Shown one piece after another: positions 1-8,191 of a DNA stretch of 64,000 nt. The notes beneath the pieces are model-generated. The model saw only the letters and a list, made by a program, of their open reading frames with translations. It made no database searches and was not told where the DNA came from. Numbering within the stretch: the first letter of the stretch is position 1; every line of letters starts with the position of its first letter. The translations under genes were made by a program, and so were the position numbers. The DNA is taken from positions 178,822 to 242,821 of the forward strand of contig JAHEIH010000027.1 of assembly GCA_024639455.1 (NCBI GenBank), given 5' to 3'. The stretch is from Cellvibrionales bacterium. Lineage in GTDB: Bacteria; Pseudomonadota; Gammaproteobacteria; Pseudomonadales; JAHEIH01.

Positions 1-365
1 TTGCCCCATGCGCTATGGGTGCTGTGATCAATCCCTACAGCATCGACAAACTGCGCTGCCAGTCTATTGCTGGCGCAGCCAACAACCAACTAGCCACGCC
101 AGAGATGGGCGACCAACTGCATGAGATGGGCATTGCTTACGCCCCTGACTATGTCATCAACGCTGGCGGCATCATCGAAGTGTATTATCAAAACCAAGGT
201 ATTCTCGACGCCGATCGCGTGACCCAGCATGTGGATACCATCGGCGCTCGATTGCGTGATATTTTCCAGCGTGCCCAAGGCAACAATATGGCAAGTCAGC
301 GCATCGCCGATGCCATGGCCGAGGAAACATTTAGCGGCCGTGCCAAGCGACACTTAGCCGCTTAG
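1..365 (+). CDS. Leu/Val/Phe (ELFV-family) amino-acid dehydrogenase, C-terminal fragment; the 5' end lies upstream of the window
   Basis: The frame is open from base 3 (APCAMGAVIN...). The IAGAANNQL...YAPDYVINAGG motifs are typical of the NAD domain of leucine-type dehydrogenases. Stop codon at 363-365. Confidence 0.75.
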   Translation, partial: APCAMGAVINPYSIDKLRCQSIAGAANNQLATPEMGDQLHEMGIAYAPDYVINAGGIIEVYYQNQGILDADRVTQHVDTIGARLRDIFQRAQGNNMASQRIADAMAEETFSGRAKRHLAA

Positions 366-432
366 CCAGCGAGGCCAATTAATGGCCCCGCTAATGTGAC
401 ATTATTGACTGGCAAAACCAAATGCCTTTAGT

Positions 433-801
433 ATGCTGTTAAACGATAACAATAACAGTATTTCAATGACTCAATTTACTATCGCTTTAACGGACAAAGA
501 GCACTATCAATTGCTGTCATTGGCAGGACGCCTCGACCTTCGCAGCATTCACGTCAACTCGCTGGCCGTGAAAAATCTGCCATTACGCCACACACTTCTG
601 GACTGCAGCGGCATCGACTTTATCGACTCGTCGGGTCTGGGCATGCTGACCAGCATGCTGCAACGATTAAAGACAGAAGGAAAATCGATGGCACTCATCC
701 ATGTCCCAAAAACAATCATGGCTGTGCTGCAGCGCACCCGACTGGATACGCTGTTCCACATCGTTGAAAGCGAAACGCAGGCACTAAGCCACTTTGGTTA
801 A
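433..801 (+). CDS. STAS-domain protein (anti-sigma-factor antagonist family)
   Basis: LDCSGIDFIDSSGLGMLTSMLQRLK is the classic STAS/SpoIIAA-like core. An alternative start lies at ATG 466. No partner kinase or sigma factor is adjacent. Confidence 0.7.
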   Translation: MLLNDNNNSISMTQFTIALTDKEHYQLLSLAGRLDLRSIHVNSLAVKNLPLRHTLLDCSGIDFIDSSGLGMLTSMLQRLKTEGKSMALIHVPKTIMAVLQRTRLDTLFHIVESETQALSHFG

Positions 802-811
802 AGGCGTCGCG

Positions 812-1930
812 CTATAACTTAAGTGCTTCAAGCGCCTCAACGTAGGGGTGATTTAAAGCTTCAGCCACAGCGCAGTAGGTAATTTCCCCTTTGTGCACAT
901 TAAGACCGTTACGAAGATGCTCATCATCTAGCATCGCCTTTATGGGGCCATTATCCGCCAAAGCCAACACGAACGGCATGGTCGCATTCACCAGCGCCAT
1001 ACTTGATGTGCGCGCCACGCCGCCGGGCATATTACTAACACAGTAGTGAACCACGCCATCTACTAAGTAGGTGGGGTCCTGGTGACTGGTCGGTTTAGAG
1101 GTTTCAAAACAGCCGCCTTGATCAATGGCCACATCCACCACTACCGCGCCCTGTTTCATACGGGACAAGTGCTCGCGGCGCAAAAGTTTCGGCGCTGCCG
1201 CGCCTGGGATCAACACTGCACCTACCACCAAATCCGCCTCAAAAGCGTACTGCTCGACAGCTTCCGCTGTCGAATAGACACACTTTAAACGGCCGCGATA
1301 GCGCTGATCCAGCTCACGTAGTCGCGGTAACGAGCGGTCCAAGATGACTACGTCGGCACCCATACCCATGGCCATTTGCGCAGCGTTTTCTCCCACCACA
1401 CCGCCACCGAGAATCAACACTTTACCAGGAGCCACACCGGGCACACCCCCCAACAGCATGCCATTACCGCCCTGGGCTTTTTCAAGATGGTGCGCGCCCG
1501 CCTGAATCGACATACGACCCGCCACCTCGCTCATAGGGGCCAACAACGGTAGTGCACCGCTGGCAGAAGTCACCGTTTCGTATGCGATACAAGTTGCCTT
1601 TGATTCAACCAACAAATTAGTTTGCCGTGGATCGGGTGCCAGGTGTAAAAAGGTGAAAAGGCACTGACCTTCGCGCAGACGCCGGCACTCTTCAGGTTGA
1701 GGCTCCTTAACCTTAACCAACAAATCGCTATCAGCAAACACCTGCTCGGCGGTCGCCGCAATAACAGCCCCTGCTTCCAAATAGGCCTGATCATCGAAAC
1801 CCACGCCAACGCCAGCACTGGTTTCGACGAGTACTTCGTGGCCTCGATGACAGAGTTCACGCACGATTGCAGGGGTTAGTGCCACCCGGTACTCGTGATT
1901 TTTAATTTCTTTTGGCACACCTACGCGCAT
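812..1930 (-). CDS. ald: Alanine dehydrogenase
   Basis: [21 protein letters not shown]-terminus and a 372 aa length typical of Ald. I chose the ATG at 1930, preceded by GGAGGC, over the upstream-extended ORF that starts at 2005. Confidence 0.9.
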   Translation of the reverse strand: MRVGVPKEIKNHEYRVALTPAIVRELCHRGHEVLVETSAGVGVGFDDQAYLEAGAVIAATAEQVFADSDLLVKVKEPQPEECRRLREGQCLFTFLHLAPDPRQTNLLVESKATCIAYETVTSASGALPLLAPMSEVAGRMSIQAGAHHLEKAQGGNGMLLGGVPGVAPGKVLILGGGVVGENAAQMAMGMGADVVILDRSLPRLRELDQRYRGRLKCVYSTAEAVEQYAFEADLVVGAVLIPGAAAPKLLRREHLSRMKQGAVVVDVAIDQGGCFETSKPTSHQDPTYLVDGVVHYCVSNMPGGVARTSSMALVNATMPFVLALADNGPIKAMLDDEHLRNGLNVHKGEITYCAVAEALNHPYVEALEALKL

Positions 1931-2144
1931 AATTGCCTCCAATGACAATTTATACACGCATATTAGGCCCATCTGCGGTACTTTTTCGCACGAAAAGCGA
2001 TCCAAATCGCATTTTTGTACCGTTTAAATTAACATCTGCGGGAAAATAAGAACATCACTCACGGTTCTTAAGAAGAGAGCATCGAGAGTCAAAAGTCATA
2101 CTGGAATTTAAGAAAAGTTTTTTACATTTTTCCAGCCAGTTTGA

Positions 2145-2173
2145 TTGACAGCGAGGGGCCAAATAAGCATAAT
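2145..2173 (+). promoter_or_regulatory. Sigma70-type promoter for tRNA-Leu(CAG)
   Basis: TTGACA (2145-2150), a 17-nt spacer, then CATAAT (2168-2173), followed by a GC-rich GCGCGCC discriminator. An A/T-rich UP-like tract lies upstream. Confidence 0.5.
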
Positions 2174-2246
2174 GCGCGCCACTTACAGGGTGCACCCTTC
2201 AGCGTTTTTTGCGAAGACCCCGTAAACGACCATTAGGTCTCAAAAT

Positions 2247-2333
2247 GCCCAGGTGGTGGAATTGGTAGACACGCTAGCTTCAGGTGCTAGTGCTCGCAAG
2301 GGCGTGGAGGTTCAAGTCCTCTTCTGGGCACCA
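2247..2333 (+). tRNA. tRNA-Leu, anticodon CAG (type II, long variable arm), with encoded CCA
   Basis: The GCCCAGG acceptor stem pairs with TCTGGGC. Anticodon loop is cttCAGgt, T-loop is GGTTCAAGTCC, and the 3' terminus is ACCA. Confidence 0.95.
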
Positions 2334-2878
2334 TATTTTAAAACCGAGCTTATGCTCGGTTTTTTTATGCGGCCAAGAAAGTCATTTCATTAACATTGAG
2401 CGCTATAAGAGACACGTCGATGCTGCGCACTGTGCGCTTTCATCGCCGAGAGGACTACTCCTGCCAGCATCGCAGATGCTGGCGTTCAACGGCTCATCGC
2501 GACGCGATTCGAAACCCCGTTTCACCCTCTCCTGGGCACCATATTTTAAAACCGAGCTTATGCTCGGTTTTTTTATGCGGCCAAGAAAGTCATTTCATTA
2601 ACATTGAGCGCTATAAGAGACACGTCGATGCTGCGCACTGTGCGCTTTCATCGCCGAGAGGACTACTCCTGCCAGCATCGCAGATGCTGGCGTTCAACGG
2701 CTCATCGCGACGCGATTCGAAACCCCGTTTCACCCTCTCCTGGGCACCATATTTTAAAACCGAGCTTATGCTCGGTTTTTTTATGCGCCCACGAAAGTCA
2801 TTTCATTAACATTGAGCGCTGTAAGAGACACGTCGATGCTGAGCGCCGTGCGCTTTCATCGCTTAGAGGACTATTCCT
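2319..2878 (+). repeat. tRNA-linked tandem repeat, 208-bp unit, about 2.7 copies
   Basis: Each unit starts with the tRNA 3' end (CTCT[T/C]CTGGGCACCA). The CCA ends fall at 2333, 2541 and 2749. Units 1 and 2 are near-identical and unit 3 is diverged. Each unit carries the terminator plus the hairpins CCAGCATC-gca-GATGCTGG and TGCGCAC-tgt-GCGC. Confidence 0.95.
2340..2366 (+). terminator. Rho-independent terminator after tRNA-Leu; identical copies at 2548..2574 and 2756..2782
   Basis: AAAACCGAGC-ttat-GCTCGGTTTT stem with a T7 run. It is repeated exactly with the 208-bp period. Confidence 0.85.
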
Positions 2879-4304
2879 TTGCTTTTTTGACCTTAAACTC
2901 CTCCGGAATCGGCATGCGGTTAAACGCATCCAAACCGGCGATTTTGTAGGCTTCGGCTAAGGTTGGGTAGTTAAAGGTGTTCTGCACAAAGTAGTCGACA
3001 GTCCCCTTGAGATTCATCACTGCCTGGCCGATGTGGATCAGCTCGGTAGCGCCCTCGCCAACAATCTGTACGCCGAGGATACGGCGGGTTTTGAGGCTCA
3101 CAAGCATCTTTAGCATGCCGTATTCCAAGCCCATGATGTTCCCGCGCGAAGTCTCGCGGAAGCGAGCCACACCCACTTCGTAAGGAATGCCGCGCTCGTG
3201 CAATTCTTCTTCGGACATACCACACGTGGAAATCTCGGGTACTGAGTAGATGCCGTAAGGGAACCAGGGACTCTCCTCCAACGTGGGGGTATCCATAGCA
3301 TGGCAAGCCGCCACACGGCCTTGCTGTAAGCTGGTCGAGGCGAGGCTGGGATGGCCGATGACATCGCCAGTGGCATAGATATTATCAATTGTGGTCTGAT
3401 AGGTTTTACGGTTCACTTCCAGGCGACCACGGTGATCGGTATTAAGACCAATATTTTCCAAGCCCAGCTGATCCGTAGCCCCCATGCGGCCCGCCGCAAA
3501 CAACAGCAGCTCGGAGCGCACCCGGCGGCCATTAGCGGTCGCTACTTCAACGTATTCACCGCCATCCTGAATGCTTTCCACTGCCGAGCCCAGGCGCAGA
3601 TCAACGCCGTTCTCACGGATTTGGTGGGCAAACTCTTCGATGGTCGCTTTATCGATAAAATCCAAAAAGCTATCGCGGGGCTCGATCAAGGTAACGCGTA
3701 TATCCAGCGCAGAAAACATGGTGGCGTATTCCACACCGATAACGCCGGCGCCGATCACAGTCAAACTACGCGGCAACTGGGACAGCTCCAAAAACTCGTC
3801 GGTATCAACCACCGTCCTGCCATTGAAAGGCACCCAGTCAGGGCGGAAGGTTTTGGTACCGGTGGAAATCAAGAATTTATCGCCGCGAATACGCTGGGCT
3901 TCCCCTGCATCAGTCGCCACTTCAATGGTATGGTTATCGATAAACTTCGCCGCACCGAGCAAGGTATCAACGTAGTTGCGGTTAAACTGGTGCTCCAACA
4001 CGTCGACTTCGTAATCCAGAGTCATATGCAAACGAGAGCGCAAATCTTCTGCCACAATTTCGTCTTTCACACGGTAGGAACGGCCATAGAAGGAACGCTC
4101 GCGCCAGCCAGTCAGGTTGAGCACTGTTTCGCGCAGGGTTTTGGAGGGAATCGTGCCGGTGTGCACCGAAACGCCACCCAGGCGATTTTTACGGTCAACC
4201 ACCAACACTTTACGCTTCAACTTGCCGGCTTGAATCGCCGCTGTGCGTCCAGAAGGGCCGCTACCAATAATAATCAGGTCGTAGTCGAAGGGTTTCTTAG
4301 CCAT
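2871..4304 (-). CDS. sthA: Soluble pyridine nucleotide transhydrogenase
   Basis: DYDLIIIGSGPSGRTAA FAD motif and GGVSVHTGTIPSK. The protein resembles SthA along its length and carries about 13 extra C-terminal residues. Confidence 0.9.
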   Translation of the reverse strand: MAKKPFDYDLIIIGSGPSGRTAAIQAGKLKRKVLVVDRKNRLGGVSVHTGTIPSKTLRETVLNLTGWRERSFYGRSYRVKDEIVAEDLRSRLHMTLDYEVDVLEHQFNRNYVDTLLGAAKFIDNHTIEVATDAGEAQRIRGDKFLISTGTKTFRPDWVPFNGRTVVDTDEFLELSQLPRSLTVIGAGVIGVEYATMFSALDIRVTLIEPRDSFLDFIDKATIEEFAHQIRENGVDLRLGSAVESIQDGGEYVEVATANGRRVRSELLLFAAGRMGATDQLGLENIGLNTDHRGRLEVNRKTYQTTIDNIYATGDVIGHPSLASTSLQQGRVAACHAMDTPTLEESPWFPYGIYSVPEISTCGMSEEELHERGIPYEVGVARFRETSRGNIMGLEYGMLKMLVSLKTRRILGVQIVGEGATELIHIGQAVMNLKGTVDYFVQNTFNYPTLAEAYKIAGLDAFNRMPIPEEFKVKKAKE

Positions 4305-4399
4305 GAATCTGCCTTGATATATAGAAATTCAAACAACCATTGTAACGTTACAAAGCACCAATGAACATGACAAAACGCGTCACAAAAGGCGGTGACATC

Positions 4400-6232
4400 C
4401 TAGCAACATATTATCACCGGGGCTTTAACATCCTCAGCATACAACTTCTGCAACTGATCATCGCGATTCACAATGGTGCCACGCTGATTCAAATACCCCT
4501 TATCGGTAATCTCGCCTTTCTCAAACGACGGCTGATCGGATAGTACAATCACACGTTTCACACGGCGCGATGAACCAGTCGCTTTGGTATTGTATTCTTT
4601 CATACGCCGCTCGATTTCAGCCACCAATCTAGGATGATTGCTGAGGTTATCGGTTGGCTCACCGACAAACTTAACCGCCTGTTTTTCGTTCAAGAACAGC
4701 ATCATCGTAACGTAGTTTTCATTGTGGCCACACACCACGCCGTCGCTGCACAGCGGCGCCAGGGCGTTGATCACCGCCAGGCGCAATTCGCCGACGTTAA
4801 CCCATGAACCCGACTGCAATTTAAAGTTTTCGCTGACACGACCCTTAAAGATCAAGCCCCAATTGGGCTCTGTTTCGTCAAACATGTCTACCGCGTCACC
4901 ACTGCACAAGTAACCCTCTTCATCGAAGGTCTCAGCTGTCTTTTCAGGGGCATTCAGGTAGTGGGTCATAATGTTAGGGCCCTTTACACGCAGCTCCAAC
5001 AGGTCGCCTACAGGGGCCAATTTGATTTTCAAGCCAGGCATCGGCACACCAATGCAATTGGGGATCTGGCGATCAAAGTGCGGCATGGTACACGCCGGTG
5101 CGGTCTCGGTTTGACCCCAGCTGCTTGTGAAAACCACCGGGTAGTTGGCGTACTGATCGATCAATGTCAACCAACGCGCCATCACGGGGCCCGCCAGGGT
5201 AGAACCGGCAAAAAACATCAGGCGCAAATTCTTGAAGAAACTCTTGGCCAGATCCTCGTCGTGCTCCAACTCGGTGGCCAACATTTCGTAACCGACCGCC
5301 ACGTTGAAGAAAATAGTGGGCGACACCTCCATCAGGTTGCGCAGGGTCTCATCCAACGCACCGGGCGCTGGCTTACCACCGTCGATGTACATCGAACCGC
5401 CGGCGCGCAACATCATGTTGAAATTGTGGTTGCCACCGAAGGTATGGTGCCAGGGCAACCACTCCAGCAGCTGGTGGCTTGCATCGTTAATAAAAGGCCA
5501 AATTGAGGCGATCATCTCCTGATTGCTGGCCATCATACGGTGCGAGTTCACCACGCCTTTGGGCATACCAGTAGAACCCGAGGTAAATAGAATCTTGGCC
5601 GCGGTGTCGGGGGTAATGTCAGCTGCTTTAAAATCATCGGCGATAGGCTTAGCCAACAGTTTGGGAATCGTCTCGGCGTCGCCATCCATCGCCGTTGCGT
5701 CGTTGGTAATCACCTTCAAACCACGCGCTTTCATCACCGCCAAAGCGCCGGCAAAGGGCGCGCCCTGCTCGGCATATACCGCCGCGGAATGGGTCAACTC
5801 CTGAATGTAGATCACCTTGTCGTAGGTTTTCGATAATAGCGAGTAGGCAGGAGACACAGGCACCACAGGCACACCAAGCAGATAACCCGCGAAGGTCATC
5901 AGCGCATTGGTGACGCTGTTGCCGCTAAGCAGCATCAATGGGCGATCGGCCGACAGCCCATAACCCTGCATGCCCGACGCCAACTGAGTCGCACGCTGTA
6001 AGAATTGACTGAAGGTCAGGGTGTCCCACTGGCTTTTATCCGCCACGTTGCGCTCGGCAATAAAGATATTATCCGGTGTCTGCTCGGCCCACTTGTACAG
6101 GTGCTCCAGCACACTGTTGGGATAGGACGGCTCAGCCATGTTCGATTCCAAGTAGTAACAGCCATCATCGGTCTTGCGCAGGCTGATATCGGGCTCAGCA
6201 AACAAGGGGGTAAGGCTGGTGTCGGTGGACAT
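4400..6232 (-). CDS. AMP-dependent acyl-CoA synthetase/ligase (feruloyl-CoA / aromatic acid-CoA ligase-like)
   Basis: FTSGSTGMPKGV AMP-binding motif. The protein is 610 aa. CAGGAG RBS upstream of the ATG at 6232. The gene sits in an aromatic-acid context. Confidence 0.8.
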   Translation of the reverse strand: MSTDTSLTPLFAEPDISLRKTDDGCYYLESNMAEPSYPNSVLEHLYKWAEQTPDNIFIAERNVADKSQWDTLTFSQFLQRATQLASGMQGYGLSADRPLMLLSGNSVTNALMTFAGYLLGVPVVPVSPAYSLLSKTYDKVIYIQELTHSAAVYAEQGAPFAGALAVMKARGLKVITNDATAMDGDAETIPKLLAKPIADDFKAADITPDTAAKILFTSGSTGMPKGVVNSHRMMASNQEMIASIWPFINDASHQLLEWLPWHHTFGGNHNFNMMLRAGGSMYIDGGKPAPGALDETLRNLMEVSPTIFFNVAVGYEMLATELEHDEDLAKSFFKNLRLMFFAGSTLAGPVMARWLTLIDQYANYPVVFTSSWGQTETAPACTMPHFDRQIPNCIGVPMPGLKIKLAPVGDLLELRVKGPNIMTHYLNAPEKTAETFDEEGYLCSGDAVDMFDETEPNWGLIFKGRVSENFKLQSGSWVNVGELRLAVINALAPLCSDGVVCGHNENYVTMMLFLNEKQAVKFVGEPTDNLSNHPRLVAEIERRMKEYNTKATGSSRRVKRVIVLSDQPSFEKGEITDKGYLNQRGTIVNRDDQLQKLYAEDVKAPVIICC

Positions 6233-6317
6233 GGAAAACTCCTGATAAATATCTATAAAAACCGCGTCATTGTATGACGCGATTTGTGTATTAACGCTTA
6301 ATTTCTATGCAATACGA

Positions 6318-7631
6318 CTAAGAGAGCACACGATCCTTGAGCATAAATACCGCCATCAAACTCAAGATCGAACCTCCTGCCATTAACAGTGCCACGGTAG
6401 ACAAGGTACCTCCGGCGGCGAACAAGAAACCCGCTACAATCGGGCTCAACGCCGCACCGCTGCGACCCACACCCAGCGAGAACCCTGTGCCGCTAGCACG
6501 CAACTCAGTGGGGAACTGAGTGGTAAACAAGTTATAGAAGCCAGAGATCGCCGCAATGATGACCAAACCCGCCATGAACGCGATGAATGACATCTGCGCA
6601 ATATCGCCTTCCAAGCGGCCAAACACGATGATCATCGCCGACGAGAATACCAACAGGATCATGGTTAGCGCGCGCACCGAAAAGAAGCGCGACAAAATGC
6701 CAAAGAACACCGCCCCCAACACACCACCTACGTTAGCCCACACCAATACTAAGCCGGCTTGCGCGGCGGGGTAACCCATGTCGACGACAATTTTCGGCGT
6801 CCACTTCATCAAAAAGTAGAAGGTCAACATTTGACCCACGTAGGCTAACGCCAAGCAAATGGTGGCGCGGATTTGATCGGGTTTAAACAGATCCATGAAA
6901 CGACCCTGCTTAGCGCGGTCCTCGACAGGGTTTTCGATATGGGGTAGTTCAGACACCGGCTGCAGCTTAATCTTGACCAAGGTCTTGTTCACTTGCTCAA
7001 GTGCATCTTCGGACTGCTTGCTTTGCAAGAAAGCAATTGACTCAGGTAACAGAAAATATACCAATGGAATGGCCGCGAGTGTCACCACCGAGCCAAACAC
7101 AAACACAGAGTGCCAGCTGTGGACTTGCAGTATCTGAGTCACCGCCATACCACCCACTACCGCGCCTAAAGGGAACCCCGAAGACATAAGGCTCACTGCC
7201 AGACCACGGCGCTTATCGTTTGAAAACTCAGGTACCACGGCAGTTACCGCAGGCAATAAACCTCCAATGCCGACACCTGTAATGACACGATAGATACACA
7301 ACGTGATCAAATCATCGACGGTAGCCGCCAAACCCATACCAACACCCATGATTGCCAGACAACCCAATATGGCTTTGCGGCGCCCTACTTTGTCAGCAAT
7401 ATTGCCGATCAGCACCGAACCGATCGACATACCGATCAGCTCCATCGCCAGGACAAAACCCAACGCCGCACGGTCGATACCCCACTCTTTGGCGATACCG
7501 GGTGCGGCAAAGCTGATGGACATCACATCAAAACCGTCGAGAGCGAACAACATGACCCCAAGTACAACAATGATAATTTGTCGAGCGCTCATCGGTGCGT
7601 CATTAATTTGTGCTAAAGCTACATTAGACAT
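6318..7631 (-). CDS. MFS transporter, aromatic acid/H+ symporter (PcaK-like) family
   Basis: 12-TM-like profile and the DKVGRRK MFS loop motif. It sits between the ligase gene and the MarR/monooxygenase genes. Confidence 0.85.
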   Translation of the reverse strand: MSNVALAQINDAPMSARQIIIVVLGVMLFALDGFDVMSISFAAPGIAKEWGIDRAALGFVLAMELIGMSIGSVLIGNIADKVGRRKAILGCLAIMGVGMGLAATVDDLITLCIYRVITGVGIGGLLPAVTAVVPEFSNDKRRGLAVSLMSSGFPLGAVVGGMAVTQILQVHSWHSVFVFGSVVTLAAIPLVYFLLPESIAFLQSKQSEDALEQVNKTLVKIKLQPVSELPHIENPVEDRAKQGRFMDLFKPDQIRATICLALAYVGQMLTFYFLMKWTPKIVVDMGYPAAQAGLVLVWANVGGVLGAVFFGILSRFFSVRALTMILLVFSSAMIIVFGRLEGDIAQMSFIAFMAGLVIIAAISGFYNLFTTQFPTELRASGTGFSLGVGRSGAALSPIVAGFLFAAGGTLSTVALLMAGGSILSLMAVFMLKDRVLS

Positions 7632-7713
7632 TGTTAAATCTCTTAATTGTTTTTATAGACATTGACTATAACGTTTTACTAAGAGGCTATCACCGCCCTT
7701 TAGTATGATTTAC

Positions 7714-8178
7714 CTAAAGCTTACCCGCCCTCACTGGCGCACGGCTGTTTTCATTATGGGCTTCGACAATTTTTTGCAGCATTCGCATGAACTCGGCTTG
7801 TTCGACCTTAGTCAGCGGTGATACTAATTCTTCATTCAAACTATCGACGCGGGGTTTAATCGTATCGATAAGCTCGGCGCCTTTAAGCGTAATATTGGTC
7901 AACTTAGCGCGGCGATTTTCAGGGTCGGGCGATCGCACCAACAAACCACGCGCTTCGAGTTTTTCCAACACCTTACCCATGGTCACCTTGTCGTAACCGA
8001 TGGAACTGGCGATGGTGCTCTGGTCGCTGTTCGGAAAACGCTGTATCGCCACTAGCGCAGCATACTGCACCGCGGTGAAATCGAACGCGCCGCACTCTCT
8101 GGCAAACAACGCATTAGATATCTGCTGGATGCGGCGAATGTAGTGCGCCGGGTATTTTTTTAACTTATCAACTAGCAT
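7714..8178 (-). CDS. MarR-family transcriptional regulator
   Basis: Winged-helix core FTAVQYAALVAI...DQSTIASSIGYDKVTMGKVLEKLEARGLL. I chose the ATG at 8178, 14 nt after the upstream stop codon. Confidence 0.85.
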   Translation of the reverse strand: MLVDKLKKYPAHYIRRIQQISNALFARECGAFDFTAVQYAALVAIQRFPNSDQSTIASSIGYDKVTMGKVLEKLEARGLLVRSPDPENRRAKLTNITLKGAELIDTIKPRVDSLNEELVSPLTKVEQAEFMRMLQKIVEAHNENSRAPVRAGKL

Positions 8179-8191
8179 CGTTGCCTCGTTT

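Noticed and set aside
812-2005. N-terminally extended versions of ald (to 2005), ahpF (to 28872), ilvC (from 48250), marR (to 8247) and the 186-aa ORF (to 27185)
   Set aside because: In each case an internal ATG with an RBS reproduces the canonical protein N-terminus. The extensions overlap neighbouring genes or promoters and add non-homologous residues.
2247-2878. tRNA 3'-end direct repeats as att sites of an integrated genomic island (also considered for 54033..54563)
   Set aside because: No integrase, excisionase, phage or foreign-looking genes flank either tRNA. The repeats are strictly tandem with 208- and 156-bp periods rather than bracketing an insert.
2319-2878. Possible CRISPR array (regularly spaced repeats)
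   Set aside because: The units are long, contiguous and homologous throughout, with no unique spacers. No repeats of 28-37 bp are present and no cas genes are in the window. The same reasoning applies to 54033..54489.
2284-2960. Three overlapping ORFs of 105-137 aa, Arg-rich, that run through the tRNA-Leu-linked repeats
   Set aside because: They exist only because the 208-bp unit happens to be open in one frame and is repeated. They have no RBS, they span three intrinsic terminators, and the reading frame decays in unit 3. They superficially recall the small basic ORF reported in the E. coli tyrT repeats, but there is no evidence of coding here.
3351-4364. 337-aa ORF antisense to sthA, together with similar long antisense ORFs (e.g. 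8891..9331, 14643..15200, 15546..16052, 27874..28458, 38539..39153, 46295..46756)
   Set aside because: These are shadow ORFs on the strand opposite well-supported genes. Their composition is low-complexity and Arg/Ala/His-rich, they have no RBS, and they carry no recognisable motifs.
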